A program made the translations under genes and the position numbers. The notes below the pieces were generated by a model. The model worked only from the letters and a program-made list of their open reading frames with translations, searched no databases and had not been told where the DNA came from. From a virus (taxonomy: Duplodnaviria > Caudoviricetes): DNA of 35,975 bases. The stretch lies in IMG/VR virus record IMGVR_UViG_3300025635_000081, positions 1 through 35,975 of that record; one strand, written 5' to 3'. Below are positions 7,462-15,198 of the stretch, in pieces; the stretch's first letter is position 1; each line of letters starts with the position of its first letter.

Positions 7462-9168
7462 TCAGACTGAATACAGCGGCTCCAAAGGCTTGCCGCGATG
7501 CTGCCGCCCGGTGTCGATCTCCGCGATCCGCTCCGGCTGGCGCACCAGTATACCTGTTTCTCGCAGATATTTCAGCGCCATGCTGGTCGTATCGACCAAG
7601 TCGTCGTGCTTCCCCTTCGGGAAAACCTCGCACTGGTGAATGACCTGATCCGCCCACCGAAGGTCCGGCGCATAAATCATCCCCTCGCTGAACAGATGCT
7701 GGACGCTGTACAGCCGCGCCAGCTTGTCGATCGCCCCCGGATTGACGAGCTGTACGCCCCAGTCCTCATGCCCGTACAGCCGCCGGATTTCCTGCCCGAC
7801 GCTGATGCCCGACGCCTTGTTCTCAATCAGCAGATGATCGACCTTCATCCGCCGGCAGGACTTGGCAACCTTCTCAATCAGCTCAGGCAATTCCAGACGT
7901 TCCGCCCACGCATACATCAGCATGATCCGGGGCGTGCTCTCGGGGTTGTCGGGCAGCATATTGCCGATGCGCGTCATTTCGTCAAAACGCGCGGCCTCTT
8001 TCTCTGCATTCTTGAGTTTGCTTGATCGGGCGACGAAGTTGTTCGCCATCATTGGCGTGACGTCGCCGGAGAAGACGCCCCAGACCGTCAGGGCGCTGGG
8101 GTCGTTCTCTTGCTTCGTCGTGTAGGCGGTGTCGAGACTTGCCACCACGAAGTCAAACGGCGGGAAGCTCTCGCCCTCCCAAAGCTGCCACCAATCGCGC
8201 TTGATGACGCCGCCGCCTCTCGGGCTCGGCTCCTGTTGGTGCTGCCCGGCGGTCGCGTACGGCCCCATCGCGTTCTCGTCGCGATCTACGACATGCTCGG
8301 GGAAACGCTGCGGGAACAACAGCTCGCCCTCTTCGCTGCGCGGATCTTCCAGACCCAGCTTCGTCGGCGCTGCCCGCAACGGGTCGTATCGCATCGGCAG
8401 CATGATGTGGTCGTAGCCCAGCTCCTTCTCGATGATGACGCCGGAGACGTCCTCCTGATGCAGGCGCTGCATGATGACGACGATCGATGACTTAATAGGG
8501 TCATTGAGGCGGGTCGGGATGGCCTCAAGGAAGGTCGTCACTTCGCTCTCGCGCATGGCCTCAGACGCCGCGCTATCGACGCTGTGCGGGTCGTCGATGA
8601 TCACCCGGTCGCCACGGATACCCGTCAGGCTGCTGATCGCCGTCGCCATGCGGAATCCGCCGGCGGTGTTCTGAAAGTTCAACTTTTCATTCTGGTCGGC
8701 TGTCAGGTTGACCTTGTCGCCCCAGCGCTCCTGATACCATTCGCTCGTGATGAGCTGACGCATGCGACGGCTGTCGCGAGCAGACAGGTTCTCAACCTTG
8801 TGCGCCGCGCAGACGTAGCGCAGGTGCGGCTTGCCCTTCGGCCCCCACTCCCACGCCGGCCAGAAGACGTTCGTCAGCAGCGACTTCATCGTGCCGGGCG
8901 GAATGTTGATCAGCAGGCGATTGTAGATGCCGCCGCCCTCAAGCCGGATCTCGTTTGTGATGGCCTCAAGATGCGCGCAGATGAAATCGATATGCCAGCC
9001 GTGGACATAGGGTTGACCGGGCTCAACGACGCTCCACGCCTGCTTCACGAAGGTCGCGAGGCTCTTTCCGCAAAGTATCTTGTCAACCTCGATCTTGGCC
9101 TGCTCGAGGCTGCCAAACTCGGCAGCGAACTTGTCGTAGAGGCCAAGGACTGCTTCGCGTTTTGTCAT
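7462..9168 (-). CDS. terL: Terminase large subunit
   Basis: Walker A PPGTMKS, Walker B IIDDPH, IMQRLH motif, C-terminal RNase H-like nuclease (SLDTA, IENKASG, FPKGKHDDLVD). Confidence 0.95.
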   Translation of the reverse strand: MTKREAVLGLYDKFAAEFGSLEQAKIEVDKILCGKSLATFVKQAWSVVEPGQPYVHGWHIDFICAHLEAITNEIRLEGGGIYNRLLINIPPGTMKSLLTNVFWPAWEWGPKGKPHLRYVCAAHKVENLSARDSRRMRQLITSEWYQERWGDKVNLTADQNEKLNFQNTAGGFRMATAISSLTGIRGDRVIIDDPHSVDSAASEAMRESEVTTFLEAIPTRLNDPIKSSIVVIMQRLHQEDVSGVIIEKELGYDHIMLPMRYDPLRAAPTKLGLEDPRSEEGELLFPQRFPEHVVDRDENAMGPYATAGQHQQEPSPRGGGVIKRDWWQLWEGESFPPFDFVVASLDTAYTTKQENDPSALTVWGVFSGDVTPMMANNFVARSSKLKNAEKEAARFDEMTRIGNMLPDNPESTPRIMLMYAWAERLELPELIEKVAKSCRRMKVDHLLIENKASGISVGQEIRRLYGHEDWGVQLVNPGAIDKLARLYSVQHLFSEGMIYAPDLRWADQVIHQCEVFPKGKHDDLVDTTSMALKYLRETGILVRQPERIAEIDTGRQHRGKPLEPLYSV

Positions 9169-9398
9169 CGCACAAATCTAGGGTTCGGCATCGGAGCCTT
9201 CGAGACGGACATATAAAACTCGCCTTCAGGCGTCAGCCAGACACACAGGCGCAGGTTCTTCTTGTGCCTAGGGTTGTCTGTGTAAACCAGATCTCCGTCC
9301 GGCTCTTCGTAGCAGTAGCCGTGCTCGCAATCCATTTCGGGACGACGCAGCCAGCCTGCCTGCCAATGCCAGATGGTGTTGATGATCTTGTCCGTCAT
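9165..9398 (-). CDS. Hypothetical protein
   Basis: 77-aa ORF with GAGG RBS and ATGA overlap with terL. Confidence 0.65.
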   Translation of the reverse strand: MTDKIINTIWHWQAGWLRRPEMDCEHGYCYEEPDGDLVYTDNPRHKKNLRLCVWLTPEGEFYMSVSKAPMPNPRFVR

Positions 9399-9509
9399 TT
9401 GCGCCTCACCTGATAGCCGAAAAGCGCGTCAGCCGCGACGGCAGCATACCATATGTTTGGGCGCGAGGCATGATCGTGAATGAACTCAAGAGCGTGCTCA
9501 AGCTCCTCA

Positions 9510-10046
9510 TCATTGCTCAGTCTTATGCTCGAGCGCCAGTCGCAGCGCCTGCTCGATCTGCTCGAGCGTCTCATCGTCCATATCATCGAGTTTAATCGTC
9601 CGCTTGGCCTCCAGTTGAATCGGCGCGCCATTTGCGCCGGTTATTTCTGTCGTAGTGCGATCACCGTAAATGCGCGGAGCCATCTTCATCGCGCGCCACT
9701 GCTTCGTCGAAATCTTCACCTTCATGCTGTTGACGTTGTCTTCGTTTGTCTCTCGCGCAAGCTCCTCGATTTCATCAACCAAAAAGTCAGCAAGACCTTC
9801 TCTCGCGCGCGCGCACCTTGTACGAAATTCTGGGTGCGCTTCCATCCAATCATAAACAGTCACGCGCGACGGCATGTGATCATCCTTGCAGATTTTCACG
9901 AGGCTTTCCCCGTTGATCATCCGATGACAGATTTCTGTTGCTGTTTGCTCATTGTATCCAGACGGTCGCCCGACCTTTCGCGGCGGGATAATTTCCGTAG
10001 GCTCGATTGGCTCTGCGTCGGGCTCTGCCTTTTTACCGCGCGACAT
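9510..10046 (-). CDS. terS: Terminase small subunit
   Basis: GRPSGYNEQTATEICHRMINGESLVKICKDDHMPSRVTVYDW is a typical Sf6-like TerS N-terminal HTH. Start moved to ATG 10046 (GAGG upstream); lies upstream of terL. Confidence 0.85.
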   Translation of the reverse strand: MSRGKKAEPDAEPIEPTEIIPPRKVGRPSGYNEQTATEICHRMINGESLVKICKDDHMPSRVTVYDWMEAHPEFRTRCARAREGLADFLVDEIEELARETNEDNVNSMKVKISTKQWRAMKMAPRIYGDRTTTEITGANGAPIQLEAKRTIKLDDMDDETLEQIEQALRLALEHKTEQ

Positions 10047-10248
10047 GTGTGTCCTCGTAGTTTTGGACGATTTGCAAAACGCGCTGGCGCGTGAGCCCGG
10101 AGGCTTTGCTGATCGTACCGAGGGACGCGCCGGCGCGCCGCAGACCGAGGATATGGGCTGCGCGTTCGGCCTTGAGGGTCTTGAGCTGGCGATCAAGCGC
10201 GGTGATCTGCGACGATAGCTGCGCGACGAGGGTTTCGGGCGATGTCAT
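10033..10248 (-). CDS. Small HTH DNA-binding protein (sigma70 region 4-like)
   Basis: RRAGASLGTISKASGLTRQRVLQIV helix-turn-helix; TGATG coupling to the upstream acidic ORF. Confidence 0.7.
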   Translation of the reverse strand: MTSPETLVAQLSSQITALDRQLKTLKAERAAHILGLRRAGASLGTISKASGLTRQRVLQIVQNYEDTHVAR

Positions 10249-10415
10249 CAATCATCCTTATCCATCGCGTGCCAATACGCTTCGGCAGTTTCTCCGTCCA
10301 TGTCGTCTTCAAGCTCTGAATCTCCGTTTGGAAATTCCTCTTCAAAATCAAGCTGTTGAAGAAATTCTCGCATTTCTTCGGCTTCGATTTCGGCGATAAA
10401 ATCGTCATTTTCCAT
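10248..10415 (-). CDS. Highly acidic 55-aa protein (not in ORF track)
   Basis: MENDDFIAEIEAEEMREFLQQLDFEEEFPNGDSELEDDMDGETAEAYWHAMDKDD; TAATG overlap with the gapR stop and TGATG overlap with the next start. Confidence 0.7.
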   Translation of the reverse strand: MENDDFIAEIEAEEMREFLQQLDFEEEFPNGDSELEDDMDGETAEAYWHAMDKDD

Positions 10416-10687
10416 TATTCGAACTCCCTTTCGATGGCTGCGCGACCCAGCGGCAGGTCGGCGAGCATGCCGAGCGCGCTCATGTAAGTGGCGAGGACGG
10501 CCTGCTCTTCGGCGCGTTTGGCGGCGTCCTTTTTGCGCAGGCTGATGACCTGCTTGAGGACTTTGGCGTCGAACCCATTGCCCTTGGCTTCAGTGTAGAC
10601 TTCTTTGATATCGTTGGCGATTGCAGCCTTTTCCTCTTCGAGCTTTTCGATGCGCTCGACGATGGATTGCAGTTGATTATTGGTCAT
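10415..10687 (-). CDS. gapR: GapR-like nucleoid-associated protein (DUF2312/UPF0335)
   Basis: QLQSIVERIEKLEEEKAAIANDIKEVYTEAKGNGFDAKVLKQVISLRK...YMSALGM matches the GapR signature. Confidence 0.9.
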   Translation of the reverse strand: MTNNQLQSIVERIEKLEEEKAAIANDIKEVYTEAKGNGFDAKVLKQVISLRKKDAAKRAEEQAVLATYMSALGMLADLPLGRAAIEREFE

Positions 10688-11094
10688 TTGCCCTTCCTGT
10701 GAACTTTTTTAGAATAATTGGCGTCAACCCTGTTGACAAGAGGGCGCTGTGAAAAACGCTTATTACGCATATTCTCAGCGTGAGAGACACATCTTAAATT
10801 ACTGATTTTATTATTGGACCGGGCACCGTCAATATGGTCGACTATGTCGACCGGGTCTTGGCCTGTATGCAACTTCCAAACAATTCGATGGGCCCCGTAA
10901 TAGACGCCATCTATGCACACGCTAATGTAGCCTTCGCGGTTAACATAACCAGCTTCGTCACCGACTTTGATCCGTTTTACAGGCGGGATTCGCCAAAGAA
11001 GACGCCCGTCGTCGTAACAGAAGAGATCGGCTAGACGCTCAACCGGCGGCAATTGCCGCCACCGAAATTTAATCTTATTTTGTGCGTCAGTCAT
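10684..11094 (-). CDS. HNH homing endonuclease
   Basis: YGAHRIVWKL...VDHIDGARSNNKISNLRCVSHAEN; start at ATG 11094 with AGGAG RBS. Confidence 0.85.
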   Translation of the reverse strand: MTDAQNKIKFRWRQLPPVERLADLFCYDDGRLLWRIPPVKRIKVGDEAGYVNREGYISVCIDGVYYGAHRIVWKLHTGQDPVDIVDHIDGARSNNKISNLRCVSHAENMRNKRFSQRPLVNRVDANYSKKVHRKGK

Positions 11095-11213
11095 CGTCGA
11101 AGCTCCTTTCGACCGATTGATGAGAGGGGTCGGATCGCGCCAACGATCTGGCCCCTTGTTTTCCAAACTTAACTGATTATAGCATCGAAATCAAAATTTT
11201 TCTGTCAAAGCTC

Positions 11214-11280
11214 TTTACACCGGAATTTTTTTCCGATATAACTGATTCACGGTCGCAGCGACCGGCTACTTGGAGACCAT
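11214..11280 (+). promoter_or_regulatory. Early sigma70-like promoter P1 with palindromic spacer and leader hairpin
   Basis: TTTACA(11214)-17 nt-TATAAC(11237); spacer contains CGGAA-N5-TTCCG; then CGGTCGCAGCGACCG hairpin and GGAG. Confidence 0.7.
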
Positions 11281-11599
11281 GACCATGAAATTCGCCAACC
11301 ACTTTGGATACTCTGACGTGAACCCCTTCGAAGTCGTGCGCGAGGTCAGCGGCAAGACCTTGGAGATCCGTGCGATGGATGCAGTGCGCTCCAATCCCGA
11401 GAACAGCCTCGGCTTCGCACCGGGCGGCTTCTTCGGCCACTGCTCGCGTCAGGACGAGCAGGAATGGATCATTACCTCGAACCCCGCAAATCGCACAATC
11501 CGCATTCGCCTCAACAAGCGTGGCCAATGGAAAGACAAGTGGGGCAACCCCTACGGCCTCGCCGACAAGCCCCGCAAGTTTCACGATTACAACTTTTGA
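11279..11599 (+). CDS. Hypothetical early protein
   Basis: First gene after P1; GGAG RBS; start may be 11285. Confidence 0.8.
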   Translation: MTMKFANHFGYSDVNPFEVVREVSGKTLEIRAMDAVRSNPENSLGFAPGGFFGHCSRQDEQEWIITSNPANRTIRIRLNKRGQWKDKWGNPYGLADKPRKFHDYNF

Positions 11600-11606
11600 C
11601 CCAACC

Positions 11607-11622
11607 GGGGGCTTCGGCCCCC
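11607..11622 (+). terminator. GGGGGC-TTCG-GCCCCC hairpin (cUUCGg tetraloop)
   Basis: Perfect 6-bp stem just after a stop codon; no U-tract, so it may be a stabiliser or weak terminator. Confidence 0.5.
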
Positions 11623-11640
11623 ACTATCTCACAGGAGACC

Positions 11641-11925
11641 ATGACCATGATCGATTATCGTTTTGAAGACATCGAAATCACTGTTGGCGACGCCGACTAT
11701 TGGGCGAGCGGCAGCGTCCATGTAGACACTGTGGACGTCGCGCGCTCCGCCTCTGTCGGCGAGCCCGGCGGCGTCGAGGTGACCGGCTATGGCCGCATGG
11801 ACGTCGTCCTGATCTCGGTCGAGGACGGCTCCGCATCAGCAGACCTGATCCTGCGCGCCGGCAATCCGATCTTCGACGCGATCATCGCGCAGGTCGCAAA
11901 CCACATCGACGAAACCGTAAACTGA
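11641..11925 (+). CDS. Hypothetical early protein (acidic)
   Basis: AGGAG RBS; MTMIDYRFEDIEITVGD...; corresponds to the 3' part of track ORF 11464..11925. Confidence 0.75.
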   Translation: MTMIDYRFEDIEITVGDADYWASGSVHVDTVDVARSASVGEPGGVEVTGYGRMDVVLISVEDGSASADLILRAGNPIFDAIIAQVANHIDETVN

Positions 11926-11936
11926 GAGAAACGACC

Positions 11937-12299
11937 ATGACCTATCTCGTAAAAACTTTTTTCACCTTCACGCCCACCGAATGGGAGATTTTTGTGGATC
12001 GGTTGGAGGGAGCGCCGGACGCGATCATGGAGGTGCTGGATTGCGAATCAGACCTGATCGGTAGCATCGAGATCCACGACGTCACATCGAACCGGGTGAC
12101 GATTTTCTGTCCCATCGATGCCCGCCCCGTCCTCGTGGACGCGCTTGAGGGGTCCACCTATCTGGCGCGCTGCGCCGACGCCGCCGAGTACGGAGAAATA
12201 ACACCGGGCAAACTGAAGCGACTCCGGGCGGCAGCCCGGAGCGCCGTCGACAAGCTGCGCGACGCGGGCATCCCCTGCGACGACGTCCCATTTTCCTGA
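11937..12299 (+). CDS. Hypothetical early protein
   Basis: MTYLVKTFFTFTPTEWE...; GACCATGACC start context shared with neighbouring genes. Confidence 0.7.
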   Translation: MTYLVKTFFTFTPTEWEIFVDRLEGAPDAIMEVLDCESDLIGSIEIHDVTSNRVTIFCPIDARPVLVDALEGSTYLARCADAAEYGEITPGKLKRLRAAARSAVDKLRDAGIPCDDVPFS

Positions 12300-12316
12300 A
12301 AATTCGCCGGATTATT

Positions 12317-12442
12317 CGCCGCGATTTTATTCGCGGCGTTTTTTGGCGATTTATTTGACAAGAGTGTTGACACCGGAAATCTTTTCCGGTTATAAATATT
12401 CACGGTCGCTGGTGACCGTTACTTTTGGAGATGATCATGACC
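12317..12442 (+). promoter_or_regulatory. Repeated terminator-promoter-leader-RBS cassette P2
   Basis: CGCCGCGA-N6-TCGCGGCG+T6; TTGACA x2 (12355, 12367); ACCGGAA-N5-TTCCGGT; TATAAA(12391); ACGGTC-N6-GACCGT hairpin; GGAG. Confidence 0.8.
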
Positions 12443-13237
12443 GCGACTTACGACAACGCCGGCTACCGCATCGACCCCACCTTCCGCGAGAACTGCGTGA
12501 AGTGCGGCGGGCGCGGCCACTTCATCGCGTGGTCTGGCCGCAACCTCGGCAAGTGCTTCGCCTGCGACGGCGCGGGTTTCAAGACCTACAAGACCGACGC
12601 CGCCACCCGCGCGGGCAACCGCGCCAAGGCCGCCCAGAAGAAGATCGACGCCGCCACCAAGAACGAGGCGTGGGTGGCCGAGGCGCACCCGGCGCAGTAT
12701 GCGTGGCTGCTGGCCAAGGCCCCGACCTTCGCTTTCGCCCAATCCCTCCTCGACGCCGCGCGCAAGTACGGTGAACTGACCGATGGGCAGGTGGCGGCGA
12801 TCGACAAGTGCCTCGCCCGTGACGCGGAGCGTGCGGCTGCTGCTCAGGCTCGCGCGGAGGCCGCCCCCGTGGTGGCCACCGACAAGCTCTTTGCCGCCTT
12901 CGACAAGGCCAAGGGCGCGGGCCTGAAGTACCCCAAGCTGCACCTGCAGGATCTAACGATCTCGCCCGCCGGCGCGAACAGCAAGAACGCTGGGGCGCTC
13001 TACGTCAAGAGCGGAGAGACCTACCTCGGCAAGATCACCAGCGACCGTTTTTTCGCCTCGCGTGACTGCAACGACGCTGCCGCGCAAACGGTCGCCAGTG
13101 TCATCGCCGACCCTCTGGCCGCCGCCGTGGCTACTGGTAAGCTCACGGGGCGCTGCTGCTGCTGTGGTCGGGAATTGACGGACCCCACGTCCGTCGAGCG
13201 CGGCATCGGCCCCATCTGCGAGGCCAACTGGTTCTGA
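12437..13237 (+). CDS. Zn-finger protein with DnaJ-type CxxCxGxG repeats and a C-terminal DUF6011-like domain
   Basis: CVKCGGRG...CFACDGAG at the N-terminus; GRCCCCGRELTDPTSVERGIGPIC at the C-terminus. Confidence 0.8.
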   Translation: MTATYDNAGYRIDPTFRENCVKCGGRGHFIAWSGRNLGKCFACDGAGFKTYKTDAATRAGNRAKAAQKKIDAATKNEAWVAEAHPAQYAWLLAKAPTFAFAQSLLDAARKYGELTDGQVAAIDKCLARDAERAAAAQARAEAAPVVATDKLFAAFDKAKGAGLKYPKLHLQDLTISPAGANSKNAGALYVKSGETYLGKITSDRFFASRDCNDAAAQTVASVIADPLAAAVATGKLTGRCCCCGRELTDPTSVERGIGPICEANWF

Positions 13238-13256
13238 GGGGCTTCGGCCCCTTCTT
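13237..13256 (+). terminator. AGGGGC-TTCG-GCCCCT hairpin
   Basis: cUUCGg tetraloop stem at the stop codon, followed by TCTT. Confidence 0.55.
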
Positions 13257-13260
13257 AAAT

Positions 13261-13388
13261 CGCCGCGATTTAATTCGCGGCAATTTTTTTGCGATTTATT
13301 TGACAAGAGTGTTGACACCGGAAATCTTTTCCGCTTATAACTATCTCACGGTCGCTGGTGACCGTTACTTCTGGAGATGATCATGACC
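13261..13388 (+). promoter_or_regulatory. Repeated terminator-promoter-leader-RBS cassette P3 (near-identical to P2)
   Basis: GCCGCGA-N6-TCGCGGC+T-tract; GCGATTTATTTGACAAGAGTGTTGACACCGGAAATCTTTTCCG identical to P2; TATAAC(13336); CACGGTCGCTGGTGACCGTTACTT; GGAGATGATCATGACC. Confidence 0.8.
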
Positions 13389-13676
13389 AACAATTTCGCA
13401 GCTCTTTCCCTCGCCGACCGCTACGCCATCCTCAAGGCCGACATCGACACGCTCACCAAGCAGCTTGACGCCGTCAAGGCCGAGATCATCGCCTCCGGCG
13501 TCGAGACCATCACTGGCGATCAGGCCGTTGTGACCGTCGCCCTCTCCGAACGTACCACGCTCGACAGCGCGGCTGCCAAGGCGCTCCTGACCGCCGAGCA
13601 GGTCGCAGCGTGCTCCAAGACCTCTCTGGTCCCCACGCTCCGCGTCAAGCCCCGCACCGCAACGGTCCTCGCGTAA
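13383..13676 (+). CDS. Hypothetical early protein (N-terminal coiled coil)
   Basis: First gene after P3; GGAG RBS. Confidence 0.8.
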   Translation: MTNNFAALSLADRYAILKADIDTLTKQLDAVKAEIIASGVETITGDQAVVTVALSERTTLDSAAAKALLTAEQVAACSKTSLVPTLRVKPRTATVLA

Positions 13677-13717
13677 GCGAGGGCCATCCCCTCTCATCCC
13701 CTCTCAGGAGATCTACC

Positions 13718-13948
13718 ATGTCCATCGTAGTCCACACCGTCACCGTCACCCACACTGGGGGCACCGACCACACCTACGCCTTCACCGGCATCCCTGCCGC
13801 TCGCGACTTCGCCCAGATCGTTCGCGAACGCGGCCTGCCGGCCAAGCCCGGCTCCGTCACCGTCTACTCATACGATGACAACCTCGTCGCGTTCGAAGCC
13901 ATTGAGCGCGCTCTCAACCCAAAAAACACTTTGGGAGATGTAGCATGA
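13718..13948 (+). CDS. Hypothetical early protein
   Basis: AGGAG RBS; MSIVVHTVTVTHTGG... Confidence 0.75.
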   Translation: MSIVVHTVTVTHTGGTDHTYAFTGIPAARDFAQIVRERGLPAKPGSVTVYSYDDNLVAFEAIERALNPKNTLGDVA

Positions 13949-14154
13949 GCGACTGGGACAAGTGGTTTGAAGAGATTGCCGCTGAGACCCGGCGGAAATC
14001 CATAGCCTCAGAACCCGGCGCGAAGGCCAAATCTGAAGCCGAACGCCGCCGCGACATTGAACTGGGGTGGATCACTGAAGACGGCGAGCCCGGCCCCAAC
14101 GCCCCGCAAGACGACGAAAACGAAGACGAGGACGAGGAGGACAACGACCAATGA
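13945..14154 (+). CDS. Hypothetical protein with acidic tail
   Basis: GGGAG RBS; ATGA overlaps on both sides; ends [14 protein letters not shown]. Confidence 0.7.
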   Translation: MSDWDKWFEEIAAETRRKSIASEPGAKAKSEAERRRDIELGWITEDGEPGPNAPQDDENEDEDEEDNDQ

Positions 14155-14333
14155 CCCAGAGCCCCATCCAATTCGAGAAGTCGCCCGACGGCACATACGA
14201 GCTGACCTACTTCGGCAAGGTCTGCGGCTGGGCTCGCAAGGCCGTGTACCCCACGCGCCCCGGCGAGGTGCTGTACCGGGTCGTCTCCGTGCATGGCGAC
14301 GTCCGCCATGTCCGTTCCCTCAACGCCGCCTGA
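14151..14333 (+). CDS. Hypothetical early protein
   Basis: GGAGG RBS; 60 aa. Confidence 0.7.
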   Translation: MTQSPIQFEKSPDGTYELTYFGKVCGWARKAVYPTRPGEVLYRVVSVHGDVRHVRSLNAA

Positions 14334-14353
14334 TGAGTCCATGGGAGAATAGG

Positions 14354-14749
14354 ATGGAGATCAACGGCTATAAAATTGGACCGGGAGCGGACCTCTATAG
14401 GGCGAACCTCGAAGGGGCGGACCTCTATAGGGCGGACCTCGAAGGGGCGAACCTCTATAGGGCGGACCTCGAAGGGGCGAACCTCGAAGGGGCGGACCTC
14501 GAAGGGGCGAACCTCGCCTGTACCTGCCTTGTCGATGGCGGGCAGCGCAGCGACGGTTACCGCTTCGTGGGCTGGGTCAGGAATGGCGTGCTGCAAATCC
14601 GTGCCGGGTGCCGCGACTTCTCGATTACCGAAGCGCGCAAGCATTGGCAGGAGACCAGGGGCGGCACGCCGCTCGGCAGCGAAACCATGGCCATCCTCGA
14701 CCATATCGAGGCCGTCGCCCGCACCCGCGAGCTTATCAAGGGAGAATGA
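14354..14749 (+). CDS. Pentapeptide-repeat protein
   Basis: A(D/N)L(YR/EG) repeated about 9 times, then a phage-type C-terminal domain (RSDGYRF...[17 protein letters not shown]); GGGAG RBS. Confidence 0.85.
   Translation: MEINGYKIGPGADLYRANLEGADLYRADLEGANLYRADLEGANLEGADLEGANLACTCLVDGGQRSDGYRFVGWVRNGVLQIRAGCRDFSITEARKHWQETRGGTPLGSETMAILDHIEAVARTRELIKGE
14387..14515 (+). repeat. 15-bp tandem repeat (8 full units plus a partial unit) encoding the pentapeptides
   Basis: GCG(G/A)ACCTC(TATAGG/GAAGGG) units. Confidence 0.9.
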
Positions 14750-14752
14750 GAG

Positions 14753-15034
14753 ATGAAATTCAGACGCACGACGCAAGAGCGCTACTGGGACATGCTGGGC
14801 TGTGTCCCGCCAGCGGCGCAAACCGGAGCCGGCTTCCTTGTCGGGGAGGCCATGGACCATGGTGGGCCGGACGGCCACGCCCGTTATTCCGCCTTCTTCG
14901 AGAAGCGCGGCGATGACTTTGACCGCTTCATGGGGCGGGAGACCGGCTTCTATGAAGCCTGTGAACCAATGACCGTGGCCGAGTTCAAGGCAACACGGAT
15001 CCCCGACGTTCTGGCAAACCTTGTGGAGGGTTGA
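14753..15034 (+). CDS. Hypothetical protein (DUF1419-like)
   Basis: ERYWDMLGCVPP...FLVGEAMDH...YSAFF resembles the DUF1419 pattern as recalled. Confidence 0.65.
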   Translation: MKFRRTTQERYWDMLGCVPPAAQTGAGFLVGEAMDHGGPDGHARYSAFFEKRGDDFDRFMGRETGFYEACEPMTVAEFKATRIPDVLANLVEG

Positions 15035-15198
15035 GCGATCCCTTTTTGTGGCTGTTGTACTGCGTCGCAGCCGACAGGGAATTGTCTTTCCCCCCCCCAA
15101 GGACCAATCGCCAAGCGAGTATGACTGTTTGATGTATTTCTTGCAGGGGTTCGCGCTTGGCCGGCTGATAAAAATCATGACAGAAAAGGAAGGCTGCA

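Noticed and set aside
9395-9631. 78-aa ORF overlapping the terS 3' end
   Set aside because: No clear start; a 35-aa alternative frame from 9513 also fits, so the gene cannot be called.
10193-10408. Track ORF MTILSPKSK... (71 aa)
   Set aside because: The alternative frame 10248..10415 has exact start/stop coupling on both sides and is preferred.
14387-14515. Diversity-generating retroelement or CRISPR-like repeats
   Set aside because: No reverse transcriptase or TR/VR pair; the repeats are in-frame coding units.
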